Part shown: in pieces, positions 39,209-47,588 of the stretch
Position numbering within the stretch: position 1 is the stretch's first letter
How the letters are laid out: the number at the start of each line of letters is the position of its first letter
Virus record (IMG/VR): IMGVR_UViG_3300046786_000304
Coordinates: 160,001 to 224,000 of that record
Strand: one strand, 5' to 3'
DNA: 64,000 nt
Origin: a virus
Lineage: Duplodnaviria > Caudoviricetes
Notes under the pieces: model-generated
Database searches by the model: none
What the model saw: only the letters and a program-made list of their open reading frames with translations
Told to the model about the DNA's origin: nothing
Position numbers and translations under genes: made by a program

Positions 39209-39749
39209 ATACAGTTGTAAGGACATAGTGTTTCACTTCAACAAGAAACATTTAGAAGATCAGACCATTCCAATGTGGGTCTTAAAAACACATGGAGAAA
39301 CATTTTACGTTAACCACGTAGACTGTACAATTCCTTGGAGCACTAAAGAGACTAGTGATAATCCTCATACCAAGGGTAGCATCAAAGTTAAAGATTGTTT
39401 GCTAACAATCAACGACGACAACGAAGCTACAATTTCAAAAATAACTATCTACGATAAGATCCGCCTGAGAAATCAAAAGCTGGGTATCACTCGAATCATT
39501 TGGAACACATTCGCTTTCACTAAGACCTTCAAAGAAGAAAAAGTCAAGCATGGACCTTTCAAAACCATGTACGGTGGTTGTGGAACAAATTTTACTGTCT
39601 GCGATATTTTGGACAAGCATGATATGATGATGTTAAGTTTAAAGTACCCCGGACAATTTAGAGTGCTTGCGCCAAATGAGGAATACTACAAGGCATTTGA
39701 TGACAAGGATCTTTGGAAAAAATTACAACAGGAGGCGGATGACTATTAA
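39195..39749 (+). CDS. Hypothetical protein with in-frame TAG at codon 3 (184 aa if read through)
   Basis: AGGAG 39182-39186, ATG 39195, GCA, TAG 39201-39203, then open in frame into the track ORF 39228-39749. Confidence 0.75.
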
Positions 39750-39869
39750 TTTTTCCTATTGCGTCAATAAAAATATATTTGTGAAAACCTTCTTGATTTC
39801 GCAGATAATAAGGATATATACTATACACTTAGTGAAAACACTAATGAAGATTTTAATTAAGGAGAAAAT

Positions 39870-40439
39870 ATGAAAACAGTTGGAGATAAATTAGAAGCGT
39901 TTGCTATCACAGGAGTGAAGCCAGGACAACCAGAAGATGCGTTTTATACCATCACAGAAAAATCTTTCGAAGGTAAGTGGAAAGTAATTGTTTACTATCC
40001 AAAAGACTTTACATTCGTTTGTCCTACAGAGATTGTAGCCTATGACAAACTAGCAGGTGACTTTGCTGACCGTGACGCAGTATTGCTAACAGGTAGCACA
40101 GACAATGAGTTTTGTAAAGTAGCATGGCAAAAGAGCCACGATGACTTGCGTAAGATTACACATCACCAATTTGCTGATACACAGCGCAGTCATTACGACG
40201 AAACAACAGGCAGTTATCAAAATCTAAGCCTAGTTGAACAACTTGGTGTATTCTATGCGCCAGCAGGTGCCGCACTTCGCGCAACATTTATTGTTGATCC
40301 AGACAACGTTATCCAACACGTTACAGTCAACAACTTGAACGTTGGTCGTAGCCCAGAAGAAACTCTTCGCATCTTAGATGCTTTACAAACTGGCGAGTTG
40401 TGCGCTTGTAACCGTACTGTAGGCGGAGAAACACTATAA
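39870..40439 (+). CDS. ahpC: Peroxiredoxin AhpC
   Basis: YPKDFTFVCPTE, GRSPEE, GELC. Confidence 0.92.
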   Translation: MKTVGDKLEAFAITGVKPGQPEDAFYTITEKSFEGKWKVIVYYPKDFTFVCPTEIVAYDKLAGDFADRDAVLLTGSTDNEFCKVAWQKSHDDLRKITHHQFADTQRSHYDETTGSYQNLSLVEQLGVFYAPAGAALRATFIVDPDNVIQHVTVNNLNVGRSPEETLRILDALQTGELCACNRTVGGETL

Positions 40440-40945
40440 TGGCATTCATTGACGCAGTTAAAGGTGCGTTGCCAGACTATGCAAAGGACACTAAGTTAAA
40501 TCTCGATGCTGTTCTTTTGCGTAGTACATTAGATGCTGATGTTGCTATGGGTTGTGCTGTAGCGGCATTGGCCGCAACGGGCAATGGTAAAGTACTAGCA
40601 GTGATGTTAGCAGACAATCCTGTATTTGCTGAGAGCGCAATGACGGCCGCAAGCATCATGGCACAAAACAATGTTTGGTATCCTTATGTCGAGATGGCAG
40701 ATGACGCTAGTCTAAAAGGCTTGCCGGCACAATTACGTATGAACGCTATTGCTAGTCACGGCGGAACTACAAAGACAAACTTTGAAGCATTTAGTTTGGC
40801 CGCAAGTATTGTAGGCAAGTGTCATTTTTGTGTAAAAGCACATTATGAAACACTTAAACAAGAAGGCTATACTGTGGAACAACTTCGTGATATTGGACGC
40901 ATTGCCAGTGTTATGAATTCCGTAGCCAAGGTGTTAAACTCATAA
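40439..40945 (+). CDS. ahpD: Alkyl hydroperoxide reductase AhpD
   Basis: LPDYAKDTKLNL, LAASIVGKCHFC. Confidence 0.9.
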   Translation: MAFIDAVKGALPDYAKDTKLNLDAVLLRSTLDADVAMGCAVAALAATGNGKVLAVMLADNPVFAESAMTAASIMAQNNVWYPYVEMADDASLKGLPAQLRMNAIASHGGTTKTNFEAFSLAASIVGKCHFCVKAHYETLKQEGYTVEQLRDIGRIASVMNSVAKVLNS

Positions 40946-40963
40946 TTTACCATTTTTCTTGTC

Positions 40964-40993
40964 AAACATGTGCGTGCACGCACATGTTTTGTT
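40964..40993 (+). terminator. Perfect 26 bp palindrome with T tail, likely terminator
   Basis: AAACATGTGCGTGCACGCACATGTTT-TGTT. Confidence 0.65.
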
Positions 40994-41060
40994 TGGTTTA
41001 TGTTGTATAATTGTAGATTATTAAACTAATTAGTTTATGAATCATTAATAAAGGAAAATT

Positions 41061-41960
41061 ATGACAACAAAAATCACAATCAAAGATAAAGCGGTAAACA
41101 CCACGTACCAAAACGTTACAGGTATTACAGGTGGATCAGGCGATGGCGCCGCATTTGACGTTACAAAAACAAATGGAGTTTACTCTGTTGTTCTTGACAG
41201 TCTAGCCGCAAGTGCTGGACATGGTTACGTAGCCGGCGACACAATCACGCTAGCTGGTACAGCATTAGGCGGTACAGTTGCTAATAACTTAATTGTTACA
41301 GTTGCTACAGTTGGCACTGCTGGTAAGATTGCTACATTTGGTGTAGTAGGTACAGGTCGAGTCGGTGATGGCACAGTCGACATCGTTGTAGATGTAACAG
41401 GCACAGCAGGTGTTGACACATACACCATGGGTGGTGCCAGCACAGAATACACCGTTACTAAAACTACTGATAACGTAAAGTTAGTAAGCACATTAGTTAG
41501 TAACATGGAATTCAATCTTGCTGACCATGAGCGTGTCGTATTCACAGACAAAGCCATTGCTTATGATGCCGCAGGCCGTGCTGGTGATGTTTACGCATTG
41601 TTAGCTGCCGCACTTGGTGTTAGTGATGTTACAACTGCATACGAAGGTATCGGTATCAGTCTTGCTGATGCAGGTTGGACTAATAAACAACTAGCACAGG
41701 CATTGTTGGCCACTGACACTTACAAAGCAGATGCGGGTGGTGTCAGTGACGAAACATTTATCAAGCACGTTTACAAAAACGTAATGGGCACAGACGCTAC
41801 ACTAGCAGATGTTACAGCATTGACAAATTGGATGAATGCTAATCACTACTCACAAGCTGATGTATTGGTTACTGCCAGCGAACTAGCAAGTTTTGAAACT
41901 GCTATTGGTTTAGTTGGTTTGGCTACAACTGGTATTGAATACACACCAGTAACAGCTTAA
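41061..41960 (+). CDS. Thr/Gly/Ala-rich surface protein with C-terminal DUF4214 (S-layer/RTX-associated)-like domain
   Basis: FIKHVYKNVMG...SQADVL...SE; beta-rich N-terminus; no Sec signal. Confidence 0.65.
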   Translation: MTTKITIKDKAVNTTYQNVTGITGGSGDGAAFDVTKTNGVYSVVLDSLAASAGHGYVAGDTITLAGTALGGTVANNLIVTVATVGTAGKIATFGVVGTGRVGDGTVDIVVDVTGTAGVDTYTMGGASTEYTVTKTTDNVKLVSTLVSNMEFNLADHERVVFTDKAIAYDAAGRAGDVYALLAAALGVSDVTTAYEGIGISLADAGWTNKQLAQALLATDTYKADAGGVSDETFIKHVYKNVMGTDATLADVTALTNWMNANHYSQADVLVTASELASFETAIGLVGLATTGIEYTPVTA

Positions 41961-41980
41961 TAGCTACAATTAGTATTACA

Positions 41981-42007
41981 AACCCGCTTCGGCGGGTTTT
42001 CTTTTGG
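41981..42007 (+). terminator. Intrinsic terminator, identical to 38758-38784
   Basis: AACCCGCTTCGGCGGGTTTTCTTTTGG. Confidence 0.9.
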
Positions 42008-42100
42008 CTACATTGTATTAGGTAAAGATTAACAAAAGTGTTAAACTCAGGTTAACAATTATAAAGGTATAGTTGTTTTTAGTTATAAAGAAAGTTATAC

Positions 42101-43189
42101 ATGAAAAAAATTATCATGCTATTGTTATGTGCAATGATATCATTACAAGGAAAGGCAACAACAATGGAAAATATTAAAATAGTAGTACCATATCCTCCTG
42201 GCAGCAGTGCTGACAGCGTATTTAGAATATTACAAGCATATGGATTAAAGCGTAACATTAATTTTGTACCAGAATTCAAACCAGGCGCTAATGGATTGAT
42301 TGGGGCGGAATATGCTGCCATTCAACCAAAAGATGGTAAAACATTATTACTAACTGGAATTTCCGATCTCACTGCCAACGCACCAATTAAGAAAGTAGAT
42401 TACACTGATTTCACTCCGGTGGCAGCCTTGGTTTCTACTCATTTTTATCTAGTAGCAAATAAAAAATTCCCCAAAAATAACTTAACAGAAGTAGTTGGCA
42501 TGCTAAAACAAGACAGCCAGTCAGTGACTTTTGCAACCCAAAGTTTGAAACAACAAGTAACATTTAAAGAAACATTTTCTGAAAGAGGTATCAATAAAGA
42601 AGAAATTCGATTAGTGCCTTTTCCTCCAACGCAAGGTCTTACAGCAGTAATAGGCGGGCATGTGGACATAGGACTATTTCCTGGCTCAGTTGTTAAAAGC
42701 GCCATCGAATCCAATCAAGTTAAAGTACTAGCCACACTAGCACAAAATGATGATATCGACGGTGGTAAAAATTTAGAATCAATTCAAGGACCAGTAACTG
42801 GTGTGGACGGCATCGCTGTGTTTCTTCCTCGAGGAACGAATACACAAATGGTCGCATTCTGGTCCACGTTTATAGATGACTTTAAGAAAGACAGTGATGC
42901 TCAAGCTGCCTTTGTGAATAGATATTTTCAACTGTTCAAAGGTAAAGGATCAACTGAACTCGATGCTGTAATTAAAAAACAATTAATGTCAAATGACAAA
43001 TACAGTCTAACATTTAGGCAACAGCAAATAGCCAGCTTAATAATTAACCGCGGCCTAAACAATGAACAGATTGCTGATACTTTAAATTTAAGTCAAGCCA
43101 CAGTTAAACTACATGCTGGATTAGTCTTTAAGAAAGCAGGAGTTAAAAATAGACTTCAACTGATTGCTATCAACAATAATTTTGGTTAA
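42101..43189 (+). CDS. Bug/TctC-family solute-binding domain fused to a C-terminal LuxR HTH
   Basis: VVPYPPGSSAD, KPGANGLIG, DGKTLL, GGHVD; C-terminal LTFRQQQIASLIINRGLNNEQIADTLNLSQATVKLH. Confidence 0.8.
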   Translation: MKKIIMLLLCAMISLQGKATTMENIKIVVPYPPGSSADSVFRILQAYGLKRNINFVPEFKPGANGLIGAEYAAIQPKDGKTLLLTGISDLTANAPIKKVDYTDFTPVAALVSTHFYLVANKKFPKNNLTEVVGMLKQDSQSVTFATQSLKQQVTFKETFSERGINKEEIRLVPFPPTQGLTAVIGGHVDIGLFPGSVVKSAIESNQVKVLATLAQNDDIDGGKNLESIQGPVTGVDGIAVFLPRGTNTQMVAFWSTFIDDFKKDSDAQAAFVNRYFQLFKGKGSTELDAVIKKQLMSNDKYSLTFRQQQIASLIINRGLNNEQIADTLNLSQATVKLHAGLVFKKAGVKNRLQLIAINNNFG

Positions 43190-43191
43190 CC

Positions 43192-43255
43192 ACCTATACG
43201 CTGGTATAGGTTTGTGAATACTGCCCTATTTTAAATATTTGTATAGGGCAGTTTT
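43192..43255. terminator. Two adjacent hairpins after the Bug-LuxR gene
   Basis: ACCTATAC-GCTG-GTATAGGT; ACTGCCCTAT...ATAGGGCAGT-TTT. Confidence 0.6.
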
Positions 43256-43260
43256 ACACT

Positions 43261-43348
43261 GAAGTACTATTAGTACAGAGTACTAGTAATAGTAAGTACA
43301 GTTCACAGTAAGTATTAATATAGAAAGACTACGATGAGACGACTAGTA
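43261..43348. repeat. Cluster of AGTA/TACT short repeats, putative operator array
   Basis: At least 8 AGTA units in about 55 bp, including palindromes TACTATTAGTA and TACTAGTA. Confidence 0.5.
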
Positions 43349-43373
43349 AAAATTACCCTGGAGAACTATAACC

Positions 43374-44042
43374 ATGGATTTAACCCAACAACATAAAACA
43401 CCATTACACATTTACTTTGGTGACTTACTCGACGGCAAAAATCAAGCAGACTGTAAAGCCAATGATATAATAAACTCACTGAACTGTAGAGTTAAATGGT
43501 GTACAAGTTTTATTGAATTAAGTAATTCAGTTTATGAACAACCTAAGAACATTGTTGTTCATATAAACACAGTTAGGCGCAATGGCGGTACTATATCAGA
43601 ATTTATGCTTATGTTAGAAACTCTGATAAAATATGCTAACATTGATAGACCTAATATTGGCATTGTCATCGAAAAAGATACTGATTTGTCGACAATAAAA
43701 GAATTACAAAAACATAAAATATTAGGAATAGTTCCTGGTGTAGAATCTTTTAGCAATGATGATTGTATAACAGCTATTAATGCGTTATTAAATGATCAAT
43801 CGCACTGGCCCAGGGATATTATCAGTAAACTTCCTGGTAACAAAAAGTCAAAAACAAAATCAAATATTCATCTCACTGATAGACAAACACAGGTATATGA
43901 CCTCATAGCGTCGAGAGGTTTATCAAACAAACAAATAGCAAGAACGCTAAACATTTCCGAAAGCACAGTTAAGATTCATGTCAGCGCAATCATGAAGGCA
44001 TTGTGTGTTCGTAATAGAACACAGCTGGCTTTGACAAAATAA
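43374..44042 (+). CDS. LuxR/NarL-family regulator with degenerate receiver-like N-terminus
   Basis: [52 protein letters not shown]. Confidence 0.85.
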   Translation: MDLTQQHKTPLHIYFGDLLDGKNQADCKANDIINSLNCRVKWCTSFIELSNSVYEQPKNIVVHINTVRRNGGTISEFMLMLETLIKYANIDRPNIGIVIEKDTDLSTIKELQKHKILGIVPGVESFSNDDCITAINALLNDQSHWPRDIISKLPGNKKSKTKSNIHLTDRQTQVYDLIASRGLSNKQIARTLNISESTVKIHVSAIMKALCVRNRTQLALTK

Positions 44043-44145
44043 TACTGGCGTACATATACTACTAAGAACTACCATAATTAATAAGATTTCACTGTAAGTA
44101 GATATGAGGACTTATAAGTCCCATATTTAAATAGGGAAAATTATT

Positions 44146-44910
44146 ATGGCAGATTTATCTACAGTAACAGGCGGTGGCGACATCCTAGGTGGTGGCGGCA
44201 TGGGCGTAGGCGGCGGCCTAATCGGTGGTTTGATTTTAGGATCATTACTACGCAACAACGGTAACCTTTTTGGTGCCGATGGAAATGGAGCGGCAGGCGC
44301 AATGTTACGCAGTCCTCCAGAACAAGTTCAAGCTAACATGTCTATCATGCAATCTATTGGCGCAGTCGACAAGGCAGTTGCAGTTGGTACGGCAGCAATG
44401 GAAGGCAGTCAAGCTAATCAATCAGCGGCTATTACATCGCAACTAAATGCGGCTACAGGCAGTTTGGCTACTCGTATCGACAGCACACGCGAAGCAGTTA
44501 ACGCAAACGCAATGGTACTTGCACAACAATTGAATACTATCAACACTAACTTGATGTCTACAGCAAATGAGACACAACGTGCAGTATATGATGATGGTGA
44601 CAAAACTCGCGCATTGATCACAGCACAATACGAAGCGGCTCTAAACCGTCAATTGTCTGATGCTAACGCAGCCGTAATCGCGTTACAGACTCGTTTTGAA
44701 AATGCTGAACGCAGTCGCGGTATTGAAGTTACTACAACTAATAACATCAACCAGATGCAATCACAACAACAGCAACAACAACAGTATGGCAGTTTATACA
44801 ATGCCATTTGGGGTTTAGCTCAATCAATCCGTTCTAACAACGAAGCAATCAATGTTGGATCCGGTACATTGACAGCTAGCCCAACAAATACTAATACTAA
44901 CATTAGATAA
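44146..44910 (+). CDS. Gly-rich hydrophobic N-terminus + long coiled coil + Gln/Asn-rich tail protein
   Basis: GGGLIGGLILGSLL; Ala/Gln-rich heptads; QSQQQQQQQ; TNTNTNIR end. Confidence 0.8.
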   Translation: MADLSTVTGGGDILGGGGMGVGGGLIGGLILGSLLRNNGNLFGADGNGAAGAMLRSPPEQVQANMSIMQSIGAVDKAVAVGTAAMEGSQANQSAAITSQLNAATGSLATRIDSTREAVNANAMVLAQQLNTINTNLMSTANETQRAVYDDGDKTRALITAQYEAALNRQLSDANAAVIALQTRFENAERSRGIEVTTTNNINQMQSQQQQQQQYGSLYNAIWGLAQSIRSNNEAINVGSGTLTASPTNTNTNIR

Positions 44911-44918
44911 TTGTTAAT

Positions 44919-44949
44919 AACACTCACCTCACGAGGGTGAGTGTTTTTT
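44919..44949 (+). terminator. Intrinsic terminator inside the cassette
   Basis: AACACTCACC-TCACGAG-GGTGAGTGTT-TTTT. Confidence 0.8.
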
Positions 44950-44960
44950 ATGGAGAATTT

Positions 44961-45395
44961 ATGTCACAAGATCAGAATCAATATCAAGGAATCGCTCCAT
45001 TGAACTTTTATCCACCCTTCCCACCTTTTCCAATAGTACCGTTATATATTCCAGGTAGTAACAATGATACTATTAACGTCGGAGGCGGTACTATAATTAA
45101 TGGCGGCAATCCCAGTCCCGTCACTGTTACGGAAGTAACAACACCAGAATACACAGCAACAGCAGAGGATTATTTCCTTTGCGTTGATCACGCAGGACAG
45201 GTAGTAATTACCCTGCCTACTGGCATATTAGGCACAGTTTATATTGTCAAAGACTGTAGTGGTAATGCATCGGTGGCTAATCCAATTATAGTTCAAGGCA
45301 CAGCACAAAACGTAGACGGCGCAACTTCCACTATCAATACACCTTATGGTAGTTTATCGTTTATATTCAACGGCTCAGAATGGAGCATCGTGTAA
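44961..45395 (+). CDS. Fibre-like beta-sandwich protein, paralog 1 (Pro-rich N-terminus)
   Basis: DYFLCVD..ITLP..G.VYIVKD..IDG..YGSL.F.FNG.EW.IV domain; GGAG RBS before 44961. Confidence 0.75.
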   Translation: MSQDQNQYQGIAPLNFYPPFPPFPIVPLYIPGSNNDTINVGGGTIINGGNPSPVTVTEVTTPEYTATAEDYFLCVDHAGQVVITLPTGILGTVYIVKDCSGNASVANPIIVQGTAQNVDGATSTINTPYGSLSFIFNGSEWSIV

Positions 45396-45421
45396 GAGCA
45401 CGATTAAAATAAAGGACTAAC

Positions 45422-45826
45422 ATGTCATATACAAATAATCCAACATCAATACTTGCCGGAGCAGGTATTACAGTTACACCGACAACAGGTACAGGTGCTA
45501 ACATAGTTACAATCAGTTCGAATGGTGTAATAGTAAACGCAGTTAGAGTTGCTGTGGCAACACCAGTAACAGTTAGCGCAACTACAGATGATGTAATTAG
45601 CATACAGGTACCAGGGCCTGTACCTGTAACAGTTAACCTGCCAGCTGGTACTACAGGAAAAACATTTACAATCAAAGATGGTTTAGGTTTGGCTAGCAAT
45701 CCAAATCCAATTACTATTACGCCGGCAGGCGCCGATATTATTGACGGCGCCGCAAATGCTACTATTACTGCTTCATACGGTTCATTGACATTAGTATTTG
45801 ATGGCACTCAATGGATTTTAATCTAA
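45422..45826 (+). CDS. Fibre-like beta-sandwich protein, paralog 2
   Basis: Same C-terminal domain (VNLP...TIKDG...IDG...YGSLTLVFDGTQW). Confidence 0.75.
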   Translation: MSYTNNPTSILAGAGITVTPTTGTGANIVTISSNGVIVNAVRVAVATPVTVSATTDDVISIQVPGPVPVTVNLPAGTTGKTFTIKDGLGLASNPNPITITPAGADIIDGAANATITASYGSLTLVFDGTQWILI

Positions 45827-45835
45827 TAGTACAGT

Positions 45836-46306
45836 ATGGCATATAATAGACCACCACAAGTAACGTTAGCTGGTATTGGACTTAAACAAAGTCCTGTGCC
45901 TTCGATTACACAACCTCCAGGCATCGTACCAGTTACATTAGATGCTGACATTGCTACTACAACTAATCTTGGAGTAATTCAAGTTGGCAGCGGTTTGTCT
46001 ATTACACCGGCAGGAATTTTATCAGCAACAGGTAGTGGTAGCAGTTTGATTAATGTAAAACTTACATCAAATGATTATACCGCTACTGCCACTGACTATT
46101 ATATCGGCGCCACTAAGAAAGACATAGAAATAACTTTACCATTGGGGATAACTGGAAAAGTTTATATTGTTAAAAATCAAATTAGCGGAAATATTAAAGT
46201 TAAAGCATCTGGAAGTCAAAAGATAGACACAGCGTCGGATAAAACATTAGGAACAGATGTCAGTATCATAGTTTTATTCGACGGCACACGATGGAACATC
46301 GTATAA
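45836..46306 (+). CDS. Fibre-like beta-sandwich protein, paralog 3
   Basis: ATTTNLGVIQVGSGLSITPAG fibre repeat + same C-terminal domain. Confidence 0.75.
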   Translation: MAYNRPPQVTLAGIGLKQSPVPSITQPPGIVPVTLDADIATTTNLGVIQVGSGLSITPAGILSATGSGSSLINVKLTSNDYTATATDYYIGATKKDIEITLPLGITGKVYIVKNQISGNIKVKASGSQKIDTASDKTLGTDVSIIVLFDGTRWNIV

Positions 46307-46317
46307 GGATTTAAAAG

Positions 46318-46869
46318 ATGGCATACGCAAGTAAAACAGTTTTATCAGAGTCTGACGTTGCCACACGAACAACACTAGGTGTTGTAAAAATTGGTCGAGG
46401 ACTTGATATTACACCAGATGGTGTTATAAGCGCAGTCACAAAAATTATTGTCAGTGCCGGCTTAACACGAGATGGTGATTTGATTCTAGTTTACAATGAT
46501 GGCACTGAAATAAATGCCGGACATGTAGTAGGGCCAGCAGGCCCGGTAGGACCGCAGGGAGATTCAGGCGATGCGCCCGAAGTGTCTTTCGGTACCATTT
46601 TAGTATCGGAAGATTATGGATGCACGAACGATGATTGCTATATTGGTGTTAATAGTGATAGATCGATTACTATTACACTTCCCCTTTATCCTGGAGATGG
46701 TTTCCAAATCGCACTAAAGATTGAACAGCCTTCTATGGAAAAAGGACAAGAAATAACCATAACAACAAATGATGATAGTACCATAGATGGTGCTTTAAGT
46801 TATACCATGACAGAGCCTTGGCAATCAGTACACCTGTTTAGCCGAGGCGGTCATTGGTTTATAGTATAA
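46318..46869 (+). CDS. Fibre-like beta-sandwich protein, paralog 4, with short collagen-like stretch
   Basis: TTLGVVKIGRGLDITPDG repeat, GPAGPVGPQGDSG, same C-terminal domain. Confidence 0.75.
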   Translation: MAYASKTVLSESDVATRTTLGVVKIGRGLDITPDGVISAVTKIIVSAGLTRDGDLILVYNDGTEINAGHVVGPAGPVGPQGDSGDAPEVSFGTILVSEDYGCTNDDCYIGVNSDRSITITLPLYPGDGFQIALKIEQPSMEKGQEITITTNDDSTIDGALSYTMTEPWQSVHLFSRGGHWFIV

Positions 46870-46880
46870 GGAAAAATATT

Positions 46881-47588
46881 ATGTATAAAAAAATTACACA
46901 TAGCATAGTTGAAGAACACTATGACCATCCAATGGCTGCAAAAATTAAAGCAAGTTTAAGACCTAATTCAACTAAAAAAGCAAAACTTGAATTTGAAGAA
47001 GACGAAAGTCTTCTAGGAAACGATCATTTACTTGATCGTATTACCAATGAAATATTTAACAAGACTGTGTTCAAAACAGATTTAGAAAATTATCTAAACA
47101 CATATTCACAAAAATTAATTCAAATTACTGATACTATAACAGGTACTGAAGAGCAGTTAGTTATAGCTTTTGAAGAATTATTCGATTTTATCGACGACAT
47201 AAAAAACTTTTTCAATCCATTCTATAATAGAGAATTAGGAGAAAGAGTAACAACATCTTTTAGGTTGTTGGCATCAAATACCGCTATGTTATCACATGCT
47301 GTAAAAGCCGACTTTGACGTAACGCCCTGGGAAACTTCTTTAGTTGGTTCAACGTTGACGCTAGGAGGTCCGATGATTAATTATAATAATGCATGGACAA
47401 GTCCTGTGATTCAGATTCCGATGATGGGATTTGCAGATGCTGTTATAAGAAGAGCACACGCGGTAAAAATAAACAACACAGACGCCATAACGCAGGCCAC
47501 CGATCAAATGCATTCGTCTATGACTACTTTTAAAAATATAATAGCAGATGGCATCATACAGCAGTTTCCCTCTAGATTTACCATCTAA
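46881..47588 (+). CDS. Helical hypothetical protein
   Basis: AAGGA RBS before ATG 46881; MYKKITHSIVEEHYDHP; ends ADGIIQQFP. Confidence 0.7.
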   Translation: MYKKITHSIVEEHYDHPMAAKIKASLRPNSTKKAKLEFEEDESLLGNDHLLDRITNEIFNKTVFKTDLENYLNTYSQKLIQITDTITGTEEQLVIAFEELFDFIDDIKNFFNPFYNRELGERVTTSFRLLASNTAMLSHAVKADFDVTPWETSLVGSTLTLGGPMINYNNAWTSPVIQIPMMGFADAVIRRAHAVKINNTDAITQATDQMHSSMTTFKNIIADGIIQQFPSRFTI

